Origin: a candidate division FCPU426 bacterium
GTDB lineage: Bacteria > Oederibacteriota > Muellerivitia > Muellerivitales > Muellerivitaceae
Direction: 5' to 3'
NCBI GenBank assembly: GCA_963830915.1
Contig: CAWHOE010000044.1
Location: forward strand, 1-55,884
Length of the DNA stretch: 55,884 nt
In this document: in pieces, positions 19,501 to 31,062 of the stretch
Layout: every line of letters starts with the position of its first letter
Numbering within the stretch: the first letter of the stretch is position 1
Translations under genes and position numbers: made by a program
Notes under the pieces: model-generated
What the model was told of the DNA's origin: nothing
What the model saw: only the letters and a program-made list of their open reading frames with translations
Database searches by the model: none

Positions 19501-20603
19501 CTCCAGCTCCGACCTCGGGCACGGGTACCCTTTTGGTTTGGAATTTCCCATTCGTTCCTACCGGGAACTGGGCGGTCACGGTCAATACGACGATCAATGA
19601 CTTCATGCCGGGCGGCACGGTCATTGACAACCAGGCCGCCCTTTCCTATCCAACCACTTCGGTCATAAAATTCGCGGACGCTCCCGTGACCGTGACGGGT
19701 AACTTCACCGTCCGTATCAATGTCTATAATGAGGCTGGCGAGATCGTGAAGACCCTTCTGATCAAGCATTATTCCGAACCCGTCAACGACGTCACCTTGG
19801 TGGCGACCAATACCCTGCTTTCCATCAATGACAAGATCAATATCGTTTTTCATGGCATCGTCATCGGGACATGGGATGGTACCAACAACAGCGGGAATGA
19901 GGTCAGCAACGGGAAGTATTACATCAAGGTCGATAACGTGGACCCCATGGGAGTGGTGCAAACCCAGACCCTGGTGACCATGGTGGCCCGCCATTTGGCC
20001 CAGGTGACGGTGAATATCTATAACGAGGCTGGTGAAGTCGTCCGCCACCTGTATTCATCGATCGCCGATTACCAATCACTCAGTTCAGGGGTGACCCTTT
20101 CGACCAACACACTTTCACCCAGTTATTCAGGCGGGCCCAATTCGACCATGAATATCACTTTGTCCGATGGGACGGTCTTGACTTGGAACGGCATGAACGA
20201 CAACGGTAGTGTGGTGACCAACGGCCAGTATTTCGTTGAGATCGAGTCCAATGACGGCACGGGCGGCACCGCGACCGTGACCAAACAGATCATGATCTTC
20301 CATAACGGCCTGAATCCTGCGGGCAATGAGGTGGTGGCTTATCCCAATCCTCTAAGCGTGGCGAACAATGGCAAACAGGTCAATTTCGCCTTGGGAACCC
20401 CGGGCATGACCCTTAAGCTGAATGTTTACACTGTGGCGGGGGAATATATCGCCCACCGGGACGGGTTGCCGGGAGCGAGTTTCGCGGTTTGGGATTTCCC
20501 CAATGAATCGGTGGCCAGCGGACTTTATATCGTGGTCATTGAGATCCAGAACCCTACTGGCGGGGAAGTGCGGCAGATGAGGAAGATCGCGGTTATCCAG
20601 TAA
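16551..20603 (+). CDS. Large secreted protein: DUF11-like domains, long Thr/Asn/Pro repeat, tandem FlgD-like Ig domains, T9SS-like C-terminal domain
   Basis: Signal peptide; ITDTLP / VSDAVP / ISDTIP DUF11-like motifs; ~230-aa PTNT repeat; two YNEAGE.V..W.G.N..G..V.NG.Y repeats; YPNP...ASGLY...KIAVIQ tail. Confidence 0.88.
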   Translation: MFPIKSIKIIKNKILALATGLGILVFLPSMALSQTATLLSINLSNTNPAPGSTVAVTLVYCDTNTYSIPYFLVGITPSSNTVLSGCALPQQYLLVDSTSPGEGTTFDGTAGSVITSPNNDGSDGNGWIGASTGGTPVCPVTEVWSVTIPPSLSAGSFNIVVAEHDYNVQCQSGFPNTIWKGVTVPFPPPAISTFNKSAEGNTATPGDLILFRMDYTYVNTGPVTITDTLPSQVSLAAANGSEISSGGNIGGFPTVTWVLPFSNAAVSGYVWVLAKVNAGVTGEISNTATAKSTTAGPVSSTTTVEVGGKFQLAKSQSSATINAGDTETYTLNYSIGGTSLQTSDSYNNDTVGTSWYGSTVPGSTGYDGTGYNSTDPNNAVTWSIKNDPVTEGNYIDVQTWANNNTDGYVPLLRNTPQSPFCPAGNVFEVEGDVNIPSLLQSGAANAVGEDATLAVMVQAAAPHYGFELILSRDNAPGFFALQENSAANAYKAVVTVNTGFKSPAMSGNPPVSADTWYTIKAQVIHLASGSIEIKAVVWPVGTPEPVNQWDIDYTTTDASTGMACSGGQTWQYGFQSNPGSAAGVYSAGRDLYSNLRMFSDDPAVNVKVSDAVPTGITYSGASTALTSGPSPLLWQFSPVTIYDQTGAITWWGVASCAGESGITNVATIDDDLSPAPVTSNSVTAVIVCATSTPTNTATNTATNTPTRTPTNTNTVTPTNTVTNTRTPTNTVTPTNTDTNTATYTMTMSPTNSNTVTPTNTVTNSNTPTNTATVTNTRTNTSTPTPTSTQTDTPTNTPIITNTPTNTPTNSATMTLTKTPTNTSTVTDTYTTTNTPTNSNTPTWTISPTNTATNTETRTPTNTNTITNTNTVTNTRTDTNTATPTSTSTDTFTFTNTATNTATNTATNTTTNTPTPLGVANVSKVASNTAPSSNDGEDYVIGISVPNSGVSNITISDTIPTGLSYVSATNPTSPPGTLSVLPIPTPAPTSGTGTLLVWNFPFVPTGNWAVTVNTTINDFMPGGTVIDNQAALSYPTTSVIKFADAPVTVTGNFTVRINVYNEAGEIVKTLLIKHYSEPVNDVTLVATNTLLSINDKINIVFHGIVIGTWDGTNNSGNEVSNGKYYIKVDNVDPMGVVQTQTLVTMVARHLAQVTVNIYNEAGEVVRHLYSSIADYQSLSSGVTLSTNTLSPSYSGGPNSTMNITLSDGTVLTWNGMNDNGSVVTNGQYFVEIESNDGTGGTATVTKQIMIFHNGLNPAGNEVVAYPNPLSVANNGKQVNFALGTPGMTLKLNVYTVAGEYIAHRDGLPGASFAVWDFPNESVASGLYIVVIEIQNPTGGEVRQMRKIAVIQ

Positions 20604-20754
20604 ATCCAATCCTCTGGTTTTTCATTTTCAGAAATATTTCCCTTTCACATCCTGCAAATCACTCTCTCGAAATCGCTGAATGAGCGCCGTCATACTGTTT
20701 CTTGGATGAAACCTGGAAAATATTCCCGCGTTTATATTGATTGGGCGGGCGAAT

Positions 20755-22347
20755 ATGAAAGAAAAACATCCCCAGGGTGTTTCGCGGGAAGCCAAGCTGA
20801 TCGTTCTAACGGCGGGATTGGCCTCTCTTCTGCAGATGATCGACACTTCCATCGTCAATGTCGCCATTCCTACCATGATGGGCAATCTGGGCGCCACGTT
20901 GGACGACATCGGCTGGGTAGTTACGGGCTACATCATCTCCAACGCCATCATCCTCCCCATCTCCGGCTGGTTGAGCGCTAGGTTCGGGCGCCGCCGTTAT
21001 TTCATCACCAGCGTGGCGGTTTTCACGTTCGCCTCGGTCGCCTGCGGTTTGGCCCCTAATCTGGGGGTCCTTATATTTTGCCGGATCATCCAGGGGGCGG
21101 CGGGGGGAGCCATACTTCCCACTTCCCAGGCCCTCATCCAGGAAGCTTTCCCTGGGCAAATAGGCTTGGGAAGCGCCCTTTACGGGATGATCGTCATCAT
21201 TGGACCCACCATTGGCCCTCCCTTGGGAGGATACCTGACCGATCATTTCGGGTGGCGCATGATATTCAACATCAACCTGCCTATAGGACTTTTAGCGGTT
21301 TTCCTTTCGGCCCTTTATGTGACCGACCACAAGGTGGAAAAAGAACACGCCCATATCCATGACAGGATGAAGAGCGCTCCCGTGGATACGGTAGGGTTAA
21401 CGTTATTGGTGGTCGGCATGGGTTGTCTTCAATATGTCCTGGAAAAAGGTCAACATGATGATTGGTTTTCCTCGCGCCTGATCCTGACCCTGACTATCGG
21501 CGCGGCCGTTTGTTTACCGACATTTGTTTGGTGGGAATGGAACCACAAACACCCCATCGTGGATATTAAACTCTATAAAAGCTTCGCGCTGATCAATGGG
21601 ACCATCACGCTTGCGACGGTTGGGGCGATCCTTTACGTTCTCATTTTCATTATCCCTATCTTCGCTTCGACCATATTGAACCTGGACGCTCGACAAACAG
21701 GTAATCTTTTCACGCCCGCCGCCTTGGCCTCGGGCTTATTGATGCCATTCATTGGAAAGATGATCCATAAACATGACCCGAGATGGTTCATGCTTTGGGG
21801 GATCCTTTCCACGGAGATCGCCCTGTTCATGATGAGCGGCTTCACATCGCAGACGGGCTACTGGAACCTCTTCTGGCCGCTGATGATCCGAGGGTTGGGT
21901 ATGTCGGCGCTTTTCATCCCCATCAACGCCGTCGTTTTGGGTGAATTCACCGGACCGGCCTTAGGCCAGGCGGCTGGGATCATGAATCTTGCCAGACAGT
22001 TAGGGGGAAGCTTTGGCATCGCCATATTCTCGACTTTATTCAGTCATGGCCAGGATGTGGCTTACGAAAATATGCGACGTTACGTGACCCCGCTCCATCA
22101 AAGTTTTACCCAATGGGCCCGGGGAGCGCAGGCCATCCATTATCGCTTCGCCAGCGAGGTAGGAATGTCCACCCAATACAACTTAGTCGCTAAGGAAGCC
22201 TTCTATCGGGTGAAAAAACAGGCCTTCGTCATATCTTTCGACAACCTCTGTTGGTACCTCTTGATCACCTTCGCACTGGCGGCCATACCCATCTTCCTAT
22301 TAAAGAAGCCAAAACATTTGACCCGCGCCTCGGCGTCAGGGGATTGA
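20755..22347 (+). CDS. DHA2 family (EmrB/QacA) MFS efflux permease
   Basis: IDTSIVNVAIP, WVVTGY, LSARFGRRR, GPTIGPPLGGYLTD, WRMIFNINLPIG motifs. Confidence 0.95.
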   Translation: MKEKHPQGVSREAKLIVLTAGLASLLQMIDTSIVNVAIPTMMGNLGATLDDIGWVVTGYIISNAIILPISGWLSARFGRRRYFITSVAVFTFASVACGLAPNLGVLIFCRIIQGAAGGAILPTSQALIQEAFPGQIGLGSALYGMIVIIGPTIGPPLGGYLTDHFGWRMIFNINLPIGLLAVFLSALYVTDHKVEKEHAHIHDRMKSAPVDTVGLTLLVVGMGCLQYVLEKGQHDDWFSSRLILTLTIGAAVCLPTFVWWEWNHKHPIVDIKLYKSFALINGTITLATVGAILYVLIFIIPIFASTILNLDARQTGNLFTPAALASGLLMPFIGKMIHKHDPRWFMLWGILSTEIALFMMSGFTSQTGYWNLFWPLMIRGLGMSALFIPINAVVLGEFTGPALGQAAGIMNLARQLGGSFGIAIFSTLFSHGQDVAYENMRRYVTPLHQSFTQWARGAQAIHYRFASEVGMSTQYNLVAKEAFYRVKKQAFVISFDNLCWYLLITFALAAIPIFLLKKPKHLTRASASGD

Positions 22348-22432
22348 TCATTCGATGAGGTCGCCTGTTACCGATCATGGGGTTTAGTTTGTTTGTTTGA
22401 AAAATGAATGTTCATTTAAAGCTAGGGAAATA

Positions 22433-23900
22433 CTAACGAACCAGCAGGACCCGCGCTGATCTTCTGCCGAAGGGTTCGGTCAGGACAATGATATAGACCC
22501 CGCTCGCGCAATTTTGACCATTGGTGTTGGTCCCATCCCAAGGGAAAATGGTCACGGTCAAAGGCCCGGTCAAATGGGTATTCAAAAGTTTTTTGACCAA
22601 TTCACCGGCTGTGTTATAGATCTTTAGGCTGACATCGCCCGGATAATCATAGACGATGGCCGTAATGGTCAAGGCGCCCTGGGATGGGGTGAAGAACGTT
22701 CTTGGAAACATTGAAATAAGATTGTGGAACAGGTCCGGTGATCATCGTGGGTGTGGGAGCGGGTGCCACGGGTACCAGGACGATCTCCCGGACTCGATTG
22801 CTCCATTCGTCTCCCACATAGATATTCCCCAAATTGTCAGGACATATCCGGGCGGGGTTATCCAGTTCCGCGGATGTCGCTAGCCCGCCATCCCCGGTGG
22901 TTCCCGCGACGCCTGTTCCAGCGATGGTCGTGATGGTGCCAGTCCCGGGAGCGACCATGCGAACCCGGTTGTTCCGATAATCCGCGATGAAAAGATCCCC
23001 TTTGCTGTCATAGGTGATGCCGACAGGAGCGTTGAGTTGGGCGGAGGTCGCTGGGCCGCCATCTCCGGAGTACCCAGCCGCGCCATTCCCGGCGATGGTC
23101 GTGATGATCCCGGTTGCTAGGTTCATATATCGGATCCTCGCGCCGCCTGTGTCCGAGATGGCCAAGTTACCGGAAGGATCGAAGGCAAGGGAGAAGGGGG
23201 TGTCGATCCCAGCCGATAGAGCTGGCCCTCCATCACCTGATGAGACAGCCGTGCCATTGCCCGCGATCGTGGTGATGATCCCAGTCCCTGCCGCGACTTT
23301 TCGGATCACGTTATTATTGCTGTCGGAGATGTAAAGATTCCCCGCGGCGTCATAAATGGCCGCGTATGGACGATTGAGTTCCGCCGATGTCGCTGGTCCG
23401 CCGTCCCCCGTATAGCCGGCGGTTCCATTCCCGGCGATGGTCGTGATGATACCAGTCGCCATATCCACGACACGTATACGATTATTGGTGGTGTCCGCGA
23501 TGGCCATATGGCCGTGACCGTCAAGGGCGACATACTGAGGCCCGTTCAAACTCGCCAAAGTGGCCGGACCTCCGTCGCCTGAGAATCCCGCGGTGCCGTT
23601 GCCGGCAAAAGTCGTGACGATCCCTGTGACTGTATTGATGACCCTGATCCGATTATTGAAAAGGTCGGTCACATAGAGATTTCCTGTACCATCGATCTGC
23701 ATGGGACCCACATGGCTAAAGGTCGCCAGGGTCGCTGGCCCGCCATCTCCAGAAAACCCACCGGTTCCGGTACCCGCGACGTTCACGATGATTTGAGCGT
23801 AAAGCAAACCGCCGGAAAACCAACACCCCAGGGATATCCAAAGGAAAATCCACAATGTTTTATATTTAAAAAGAAAATGGGATTCTTTCAAAAGCCTCAC
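22433..23900 (-). pseudogene. NHL-repeat (GFSGDGGPAT type) secreted protein with C-terminal FlgD/T9SS-like domain, split by a +1 frameshift near 22695
   Basis: ORF 22647-23900 (GDGGPA-type repeats) continues as FTPSQG..LKIYNTAGELVK..WDG..ASGVY in ORF 22433-22711. May be a sequencing error. Confidence 0.8.
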
Positions 23901-24187
23901 CTGTCATTTTGATGACCGTTTATTCTCAGGCAACCAAGCGAAATATAGACTTATCTGAAGAAGTATAACTTTCTAAAACCCAAAAGTCTTGTTTGGACAA
24001 GAAAGTTAACTTCTTTCCATTGAAGCGATAAACAACAAGCGGAATGAGCTAATTACCGAATAATGACGTTCATAATTCTGGAAATTCCGCTAACTGTTCA
24101 AGACTTGGTTTTAATTTTCGATCTGCCTTTAATTCTAAGACGTATAATTGGCGCGTATGGTGATTGAATATCGGTAAGGAGTGGACC

Positions 24188-24709
24188 ATGGAACTTTTTG
24201 AAACTATAAAGAAAAGGCGGACCATTCGGAGTTATCAGGTAAAGCCGGTTGAGAACGAAAAGTTAGAGAAGATATTTGAGGCCGCTAACCAGGCCCCGTC
24301 GGCGGGGGATAATCAGGGTTACGAGATCGTTTTGGTAGAGGACCCTTTGCTCTTGGGTCAATTATGGAAGTCCATCCATTTCCAGACCTTCTCCAAACCC
24401 TCCCAGCTGGCCTTGGTGTTTTGCGCGAACGATAAGCGAAGCGATCCGAAATTTGGCGAGCGCGGGAAGACCCTTTATTGCGTCCAGGACGCCACCATCG
24501 CCGCGGCCTATGCCCAGCTTGCCGCGACAGCCTTAGGCTTGGTCACTGGATGGCTAGGTTCTTTCAACGAGGATGAAGTGCGCAAGACCATCGGAGCGCC
24601 GGCATATATCAGGCCGGTGGCGGTTCTTTCGCTGGGGTATTCGGCGGAAGATCCGGCTTCGACCACTAGGCGTTCCATATCCGACTTGGTCCACCGGGAT
24701 AAATATTAA
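24188..24709 (+). CDS. Nitroreductase family protein
   Basis: IKKRRTIRSY, APSAGDNQ, QDATIAA..QLAATALGL motifs; RBS AAGGAG. Confidence 0.93.
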   Translation: MELFETIKKRRTIRSYQVKPVENEKLEKIFEAANQAPSAGDNQGYEIVLVEDPLLLGQLWKSIHFQTFSKPSQLALVFCANDKRSDPKFGERGKTLYCVQDATIAAAYAQLAATALGLVTGWLGSFNEDEVRKTIGAPAYIRPVAVLSLGYSAEDPASTTRRSISDLVHRDKY

Positions 24710-24726
24710 ACTTCATAACCAATCCT

Positions 24727-24769
24727 AAGACCCGCTCTTGAATCGTTTTTTACAGGAGTGGGTCTTTTT
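24727..24769 (+). terminator. Rho-independent terminator
   Basis: AAGACCCGCTCTTG...CAGGAGTGGGTCTT stem followed by Ts. Confidence 0.6.
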
Positions 24770-24886
24770 CATGGCCAAACCTGGGAAAAGCGGTGTTTAT
24801 CATTGTGCCTTTTTCTTGACAATATAAAATATGACCATAGATTGTCTTTATAGGGTTCCTGCCCGAACCTTCATGGAGCGGATCGA

Positions 24887-25276
24887 ATGGCCTTCGACTA
24901 TAAGATCGAAAATAATCCTGGATATCTGTCGATGATCTATGCAGGGGACTATGATTCCTCATTGGCTGGTCTTTTCACCGATCAAATTCTGGAAACCTGT
25001 AAAACCTATCAACCTAGTAAACTTTTGATCGATATGAGGGCCGTGAAAGGTGACATGACCATGTTGGAACGTTTCAATCTTGGGGTCATGGCAACGGCCA
25101 AATATTTCAGCGGTAAATTGACTGGAAAGATCCCAAATTGTAAATACGCGATCATTGGGAACCCTCCCTTGATCGATCCCGATCGATTCGCCGAGACCGT
25201 AGCGGTCAACCGAGGCCTCAATGTGAGGGTGTTCACCGATTGGAAGGAGACCATCGCTTGGCTTGAAGGTAAATGA
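24887..25276 (+). CDS. Hypothetical protein (STAS/SpoIIAA-like)
   Basis: KLLIDMR, ETVAVNRGLNVRVF..E.IAWL pattern; RBS GGAG. Confidence 0.7.
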   Translation: MAFDYKIENNPGYLSMIYAGDYDSSLAGLFTDQILETCKTYQPSKLLIDMRAVKGDMTMLERFNLGVMATAKYFSGKLTGKIPNCKYAIIGNPPLIDPDRFAETVAVNRGLNVRVFTDWKETIAWLEGK

Positions 25277-25496
25277 CCAACTGATGGGGTTTCCTGTATA
25301 GAACCAACAATTTCTTCATTGTTTTCCGCAAATCCCTTGTTTTTTAAACATAAAAACATTTTATATCCCGGAATATATGACCGTTTTTTACGTCTATTTA
25401 ATAGGGGAACCCTCACCGATTCGGAATAAAATGTGGAAATTGGTGGACAATATATGCTTCATGGGTACCCAATCTTTTGGAGATGGCTTTCAATCA

Positions 25497-28400
25497 ATGA
25501 CAAAACGACTCACGATCATCTCATTCATTTTCATAGCAGTATTTCTGTTGATACCAACCATTTCCTTGGCCCAGCCGGTGAGAGGTGTATCAGGGGATAG
25601 CTGGGCGGACGTCATACTAGGGCAATCGGACTTTTCCCAAATGTCCATGAACACGGTCGTCGCCAACCGAGTGGCCCGTCCCGGCGGTGTCTTTGTGGAC
25701 CGGGTCTCATCCCCCAACCGCCTTTATGTTTTCGACGCTGGCAACAACCGCATCCTGGGATTCAGCAATGTGGGTGTTTTGAGCCCGAACCAATCGGTGA
25801 CGACCGGGGTTACCTGGGCCCCCGACATCGTGCTGGGCCAAACCGATTTCACCCACATGGCCGCCAATGGCGATTCCCAACTGCAGGATTTCCCAGGTTA
25901 CAATTTCGCCGCCTATCTTTCTTCCACCGACCCATTGCCCAATCCAACAGCCTCAAGTTTGAATTTGTTGGACCCTCGGGTGGTCTCGCCAGGTGAATCG
26001 GGGTCCTACGCCACCATGGCGGTTGACAGCCAGGGGAATCTTTATGTCCCGGATTATTACAACAACCGTGTGCTGTGTTACACCGCCCCGACCTATACGG
26101 GCGAGGCCGCCAGTTATGAATGGGGCCAGCCGGATTTCAACAGTTACCGCCCCAACCAGGGCGGTTCAGCCACCAACGGCACCTTCTCATTCATGAACCA
26201 AAGGGGTTTCCTGGTGGCGGGTGTGTGCATCGATCAATGGGGGAATCTGTGGGTGACGGACACGGGGAACGACCGGGTGATGAGATTCCCCAATCAGAGC
26301 GCTCCCGCTTTCGGGGTTCCAGCGGCCACGGCGGATGTGATCCTGGGGGTTACGGGTGTACCGGCGAGCAACGACCTGGATATGACCCACTTTTATTATC
26401 CCGGGTCCGTCCGGGTGGACCCCGCAGGCGATGTTTTTGTCGCGGATGGACCGCCAGCTTCGAATCCATCCAAGACCCAAGGCGGGCGGATACTGATCTT
26501 CAAACCCCAGTCCTATAACGGCTCGGGTGTGCCCCAGTACACTAACGATCAGACCCCCAACGGTTCGGTCACCAACGGATTGACCTGGCCGACCGGTCTG
26601 GAATTCGACCCCTCGGGGGATTTGTGGGTGAATGACTTCGGCAATACCCAGGTCATCCTTTATCACATGAACCTCTCGGCTGTTCCGCCTACCGGTACCC
26701 CGACCAAGCTTTTGCTGAGGTCCCAGTTCTATCCCGGTGTCGGTTCTTCCTTGGACGCGATTACAACCGATAACAGCGACTTCAATTACGCCTATCCGGT
26801 GGGGAGTGTCATGTCGGGCAATTCTCCCGAGTATCACCACGACAATTGGGGCGGTTTGGGAGTGGATTCGGCTGGGGATGTGTTCGTCGCTTCCACCGAC
26901 CCCATCATCGACATCATGCGCTATCCGGCTCCCATTCCCAGCCTGACGACCTCAGGGTCCGTCACGGCGGTCAACCTGCCCGGCTTTCCCAACGAGGCTC
27001 ACGCGCCCGATGTGGCGGTCTTCAAGAACGGCCAGGACCCAGATACAGGGGGGATCAATAACGTGGTGACCAACACTTCAGTTGGAGCTTTGGGTCTGGT
27101 TATCGGCTATACCTCGTCGGTGACCCAGTTGATCGCCACCGAAAACCACCGTATGGATTATTGGAACTTGGATACGACCAATGAGCCTTCCTGCGGCCTG
27201 GTCAACGGGAAGGCCATCGATGGGTTCGCCGGTACCACCGCTTCCACGGTCAATTACATGGCGGGAGAGGGTTTTGGCCGGGTTTGCACCGACCAGGTCG
27301 CGGGTCAGCCCCATCTTTGGGCCATCCATGGCGACAGCAACAATATTTGGGTGGAGGTCTACAATCTGCCTCTGACGCCCTGGCAGACGGGGGCGGTCAG
27401 CATCACCTTTCCCATCCCCATACTGGGTGGAGGCGCTCTCACTTGCGGTTCGCCCGGGAGCAGGGTTCTGTATGGGATCGCGGTGGACCAGGCCGCGAAT
27501 TATCTCTGGCTTTCCGATTCCCTCAATAGCCGCGTTTTCCGGGTCCGGAACCCCCTGGGTGTTGCACCCAACCCGACACCGGTGGTGGATATCATCCTGG
27601 GGCAACCCAGCGCCGCCGCCACCTTGACCAACCAGGGAGGAGCCGAATCCGCCAAGACCCTCAACCTTCCCGGCGCTGTGACCTATGACCACCATGGGAA
27701 TCTTTACGTCTCGGACTTTTCCCTGGAAGCGAACGGGAACGCCCGGCTCCTGGAGTACGACGCCGCCACCATCCAGAACGCCTCGACGACAAGCTGTCTT
27801 TACGATGTGGCGGCTACCCATGTTTACGCCGAGAACGGGAACATGAGCGGAACCTGCGTTGGCTTCAGCAACCCCAGTTTGAGCCCCTGTGGTCCCTGGC
27901 AGCCGGCTTTCCGGTCGGACGATCAGGTCATGGTCGTGGGGACCATGGGCTATACGGGCTCCCGCTGGCCCGTGGTTTTTTACTATCCCTTGACCAATTT
28001 CAACCAGCCGACCACCTTCCTGAACGACTTCATGTCCATGGGCGCCTATTCAGGGGTCTTCGATAACCAGGATAACTATTACATGACCGATCCGGACCGG
28101 GGGAAGGTCATCGTCTACTGGCGACCTTTCCCGGTGACCTTGCCGCCCACCGCCACACCCACACCAACGCCTTGTTCATGCCCGGTCACCCAATTGACCT
28201 ACGGGACGAACGGATCTGGCACGGCGAACGGAGTGGTCAATGGCGCGGGCCAGATCGCCGTGGGTACGACCAATAGCGTGGAGTACATGTATATCGCCGA
28301 TATCAACAACAGCCGGGTGGAGCAGTTCAACGCTTCCACCGGGGCCTGGGTGGCGAACTTGACGGGGGTGGGACCTTCCAATCCTTACGGCGGGATGTCC

Positions 28401-29681
28401 AACCCATACGGGGCCGCGCTCAGCCCTGACGGGCATTACCTTTTCGTGGGCAATACCAACGGCGGCAACGTGTTGAAACTGGACATGACCGCGGCCGGGG
28501 CGCCAGTGACCGCTTTTGCCGTGGTCCATCCGGTTCGTTTGGCGGTGGATGCGGCCGGGGCCGTTTATGTCACCGACGATTACACGGTCAAGAAATATAT
28601 GGAAGGCAGCCCCAATGTTTATAGCTGTGTGGTCACCATGGGAACGCCTGGCGTGACCGGGTCGGGGACCAACCAATTTTACAAACCCTATAACATCCTG
28701 CCGGAAGGGAACGATCTCTTCATCTCAGACAACTCCAATTCTCGTATCGTCCGTTGGACGACCACCGATGGGATCAATTACGCCTACGCCAATACGGTGG
28801 TTCCATCCGGCAGCGGCGTAGCTTTCGAACAGATGGCGCTGGAACCAGGGACCACCCATGTCCATGTGGGAAGCGATTGGTCCGGCTATTTCATTTACGA
28901 TTCCTCCACGACCCCCTGGACCCAGTTGTTCACTTGCGCCCCCAGCGGGGGAAACTCGACCACAGGGGTCCAGGTGGACGCGAACTGGCTTTATATATCG
29001 GCCGCTCCCGGCAACCCTGCCGCGAGGTTCACCAAACCTTTGATCGGATGCTTCACCCCCGTCACCCTGCCGACCAACACGCCCACTTCCAACGGGACCA
29101 TGACCCCGACCTTCACCCCGACCCTTTCGCTCACCCCCACCATTACCAACACCTTCACCAATACAGCCACGCCCAGTTCCACTTCCACACCGACCAACTC
29201 GGCCACACCCTCGGCGACATTCACTCCGACGAATTCTGCCACTTCGACCTTCACCATCACGCCTACCGCGACCATGACGGTTACCTGGACCCCGACGAAT
29301 AGCGCCACGTATACGGCGACCCCAACCTTGACCTGGACCGCCACTGCCAGCTGGACCCCGACCATTACTCCCACGCCGACCGTTACTTTCACCCCAACAG
29401 AGGGCTGTCACGACCCCGTGTTTTATCCCAATCCCTGCAAAACAGGTAAGATAACGATCCATATGTCTTCCTGCGACCCCATCAAGGGAACGACGGTGAA
29501 GATATTCACCGTGGCTTTCCGAAAGGTGGCGAGCCGGGAAATCACGGCGTTCTCCGAGGGGACGGATCTCTATATCGATCTGAGGGATGATTGGGGACAT
29601 GACCTGGCCAATGGGATCTATTACCTGGTGGTGAACACGGTCCAGAAAAGGACCGTTTTAAAACTGCTCGTTCTTCGCTGA
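25497..29681 (+). CDS. Large secreted NHL-repeat protein with Thr-rich linker and T9SS-like C-terminal domain
   Basis: Signal peptide from [18 protein letters not shown] and D..GNL.V.D..N.RV NHL repeats; [28 protein letters not shown] tail. Confidence 0.88.
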   Translation: MTKRLTIISFIFIAVFLLIPTISLAQPVRGVSGDSWADVILGQSDFSQMSMNTVVANRVARPGGVFVDRVSSPNRLYVFDAGNNRILGFSNVGVLSPNQSVTTGVTWAPDIVLGQTDFTHMAANGDSQLQDFPGYNFAAYLSSTDPLPNPTASSLNLLDPRVVSPGESGSYATMAVDSQGNLYVPDYYNNRVLCYTAPTYTGEAASYEWGQPDFNSYRPNQGGSATNGTFSFMNQRGFLVAGVCIDQWGNLWVTDTGNDRVMRFPNQSAPAFGVPAATADVILGVTGVPASNDLDMTHFYYPGSVRVDPAGDVFVADGPPASNPSKTQGGRILIFKPQSYNGSGVPQYTNDQTPNGSVTNGLTWPTGLEFDPSGDLWVNDFGNTQVILYHMNLSAVPPTGTPTKLLLRSQFYPGVGSSLDAITTDNSDFNYAYPVGSVMSGNSPEYHHDNWGGLGVDSAGDVFVASTDPIIDIMRYPAPIPSLTTSGSVTAVNLPGFPNEAHAPDVAVFKNGQDPDTGGINNVVTNTSVGALGLVIGYTSSVTQLIATENHRMDYWNLDTTNEPSCGLVNGKAIDGFAGTTASTVNYMAGEGFGRVCTDQVAGQPHLWAIHGDSNNIWVEVYNLPLTPWQTGAVSITFPIPILGGGALTCGSPGSRVLYGIAVDQAANYLWLSDSLNSRVFRVRNPLGVAPNPTPVVDIILGQPSAAATLTNQGGAESAKTLNLPGAVTYDHHGNLYVSDFSLEANGNARLLEYDAATIQNASTTSCLYDVAATHVYAENGNMSGTCVGFSNPSLSPCGPWQPAFRSDDQVMVVGTMGYTGSRWPVVFYYPLTNFNQPTTFLNDFMSMGAYSGVFDNQDNYYMTDPDRGKVIVYWRPFPVTLPPTATPTPTPCSCPVTQLTYGTNGSGTANGVVNGAGQIAVGTTNSVEYMYIADINNSRVEQFNASTGAWVANLTGVGPSNPYGGMSNPYGAALSPDGHYLFVGNTNGGNVLKLDMTAAGAPVTAFAVVHPVRLAVDAAGAVYVTDDYTVKKYMEGSPNVYSCVVTMGTPGVTGSGTNQFYKPYNILPEGNDLFISDNSNSRIVRWTTTDGINYAYANTVVPSGSGVAFEQMALEPGTTHVHVGSDWSGYFIYDSSTTPWTQLFTCAPSGGNSTTGVQVDANWLYISAAPGNPAARFTKPLIGCFTPVTLPTNTPTSNGTMTPTFTPTLSLTPTITNTFTNTATPSSTSTPTNSATPSATFTPTNSATSTFTITPTATMTVTWTPTNSATYTATPTLTWTATASWTPTITPTPTVTFTPTEGCHDPVFYPNPCKTGKITIHMSSCDPIKGTTVKIFTVAFRKVASREITAFSEGTDLYIDLRDDWGHDLANGIYYLVVNTVQKRTVLKLLVLR

Positions 29682-29761
29682 ACGTTTCTATCCACCTTTT
29701 TTAAAATTAACAGAGCCTAGGGTGGGATGGTAAAGTATTCCCAGACTTTACCGGAGGAAGC

Positions 29762-31006
29762 GTGAACCCGACCCCCTTTTCCCATTCCGCGGCCATTCTA
29801 TTGGTCTTTGTTATCACTTACGCGGGTGTCGCCATTGGGCGTATCCCTGGATTGAAGATGAACCGGGCTGGTATCGCCCTTCTGGGAACTATCGGCATGA
29901 TGGTCCTCGGTCAGGTGACCACGGCCCAAGTGGTTTCCATGGTGAATTGGCCCACCGTCCTGTTGCTCTTCGGCTTTTTCGTCATTTCCGCCCAACTTCG
30001 GCTTTCCGGATTTTATGACCGCGCGGCCCATTCCATTTCGGCGAGATTGGGCCATCCCGCGAAATTCCTATTCACCTTGATGGCGGTCACGGCAGGCCTT
30101 TCCGCTTTTCTTAACCACGATATCGTGTGCGTGGCCTTTACTCCCGTCGTCACCACCGCTTTGCTGGGCAAAAAACTGAATCCCGTGCCCTTTTTGGTGG
30201 GCATGGCTTTAGCCAGCAACATCGGGGCGGGCGCGACCCTGATCGGCAATCCTCAGGACATGCTCATCGGGGAATACGCCCATTTGAATTTCGGGGCCTA
30301 TATGCTCTGGAGCCTGGTGCCGGTCCTGGCCGCCCTCGGGGCCGCCTACGGCATCGTTTGGTGGCTGTCACAAGAACGTCTCAAGATACCCTCCGCCATC
30401 GCTCCAAGGAATCTGACCCATCCTTATCCTTACAACCGTTCCCATACCATCAAGGGGTTGGTCATGTTGGTCATCGTGGTGGCTTTCTTTTTCACGTCCA
30501 TTCCCAAAGAGATCATCGCCCTGGCCGCGGCAGGCATCCATCTAGCCAGTAGGACATTCCGTTCCGAGGATCTATTGGATGAGGTGGACTGGCAGGTGCT
30601 GGTTCTGTTCATGTGTCTTTTCGCGGTTACGGGAGCTTTTCAATCCACCGGATACGGTGACGCCTCCGCTTCCTGGCTTGCCAACGCTGGGTTCGATCTC
30701 CAAAAACCGATCAACTTGACCTTGGCCACCACCGTTCTTTCCAACCTCATCGGCAACTCGGCGGCCGTCATTTTCCTACTCAAAGTGATCAATATATCCC
30801 GGCCAGCCATGGCCTATGGTCTTGCCCTGGCCAACAGTTTTGGAGGCAGTCTTTTGATCGCCGGAAGCGTCTCCAATATCATCGTGGCCCAACAAGCCCA
30901 TGAACTTGGGGTGAGCGTTTCCTTCAAGGACTACGCTAGATTGGGCATTCCGGTCACCCTGAGCGCTTTGGGTATTCTATTGGCCTGGATCGCCTGGATG
31001 GGTTAG
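29762..31006 (+). CDS. ArsB/NhaD/CitMHS (IT superfamily) anion transporter
   Basis: LSAFLNHD, ASNIGAGATLIGNPQ, GSVSNIIV motifs; many TMs; RBS GGAGGA plus GTG start. Confidence 0.9.
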   Translation: MNPTPFSHSAAILLVFVITYAGVAIGRIPGLKMNRAGIALLGTIGMMVLGQVTTAQVVSMVNWPTVLLLFGFFVISAQLRLSGFYDRAAHSISARLGHPAKFLFTLMAVTAGLSAFLNHDIVCVAFTPVVTTALLGKKLNPVPFLVGMALASNIGAGATLIGNPQDMLIGEYAHLNFGAYMLWSLVPVLAALGAAYGIVWWLSQERLKIPSAIAPRNLTHPYPYNRSHTIKGLVMLVIVVAFFFTSIPKEIIALAAAGIHLASRTFRSEDLLDEVDWQVLVLFMCLFAVTGAFQSTGYGDASASWLANAGFDLQKPINLTLATTVLSNLIGNSAAVIFLLKVINISRPAMAYGLALANSFGGSLLIAGSVSNIIVAQQAHELGVSVSFKDYARLGIPVTLSALGILLAWIAWMG

Positions 31007-31062
31007 TTTTACGGATCATTATTTCGTTAATATAAATTTAGTGTGAGTACAGTGAGGACAAA

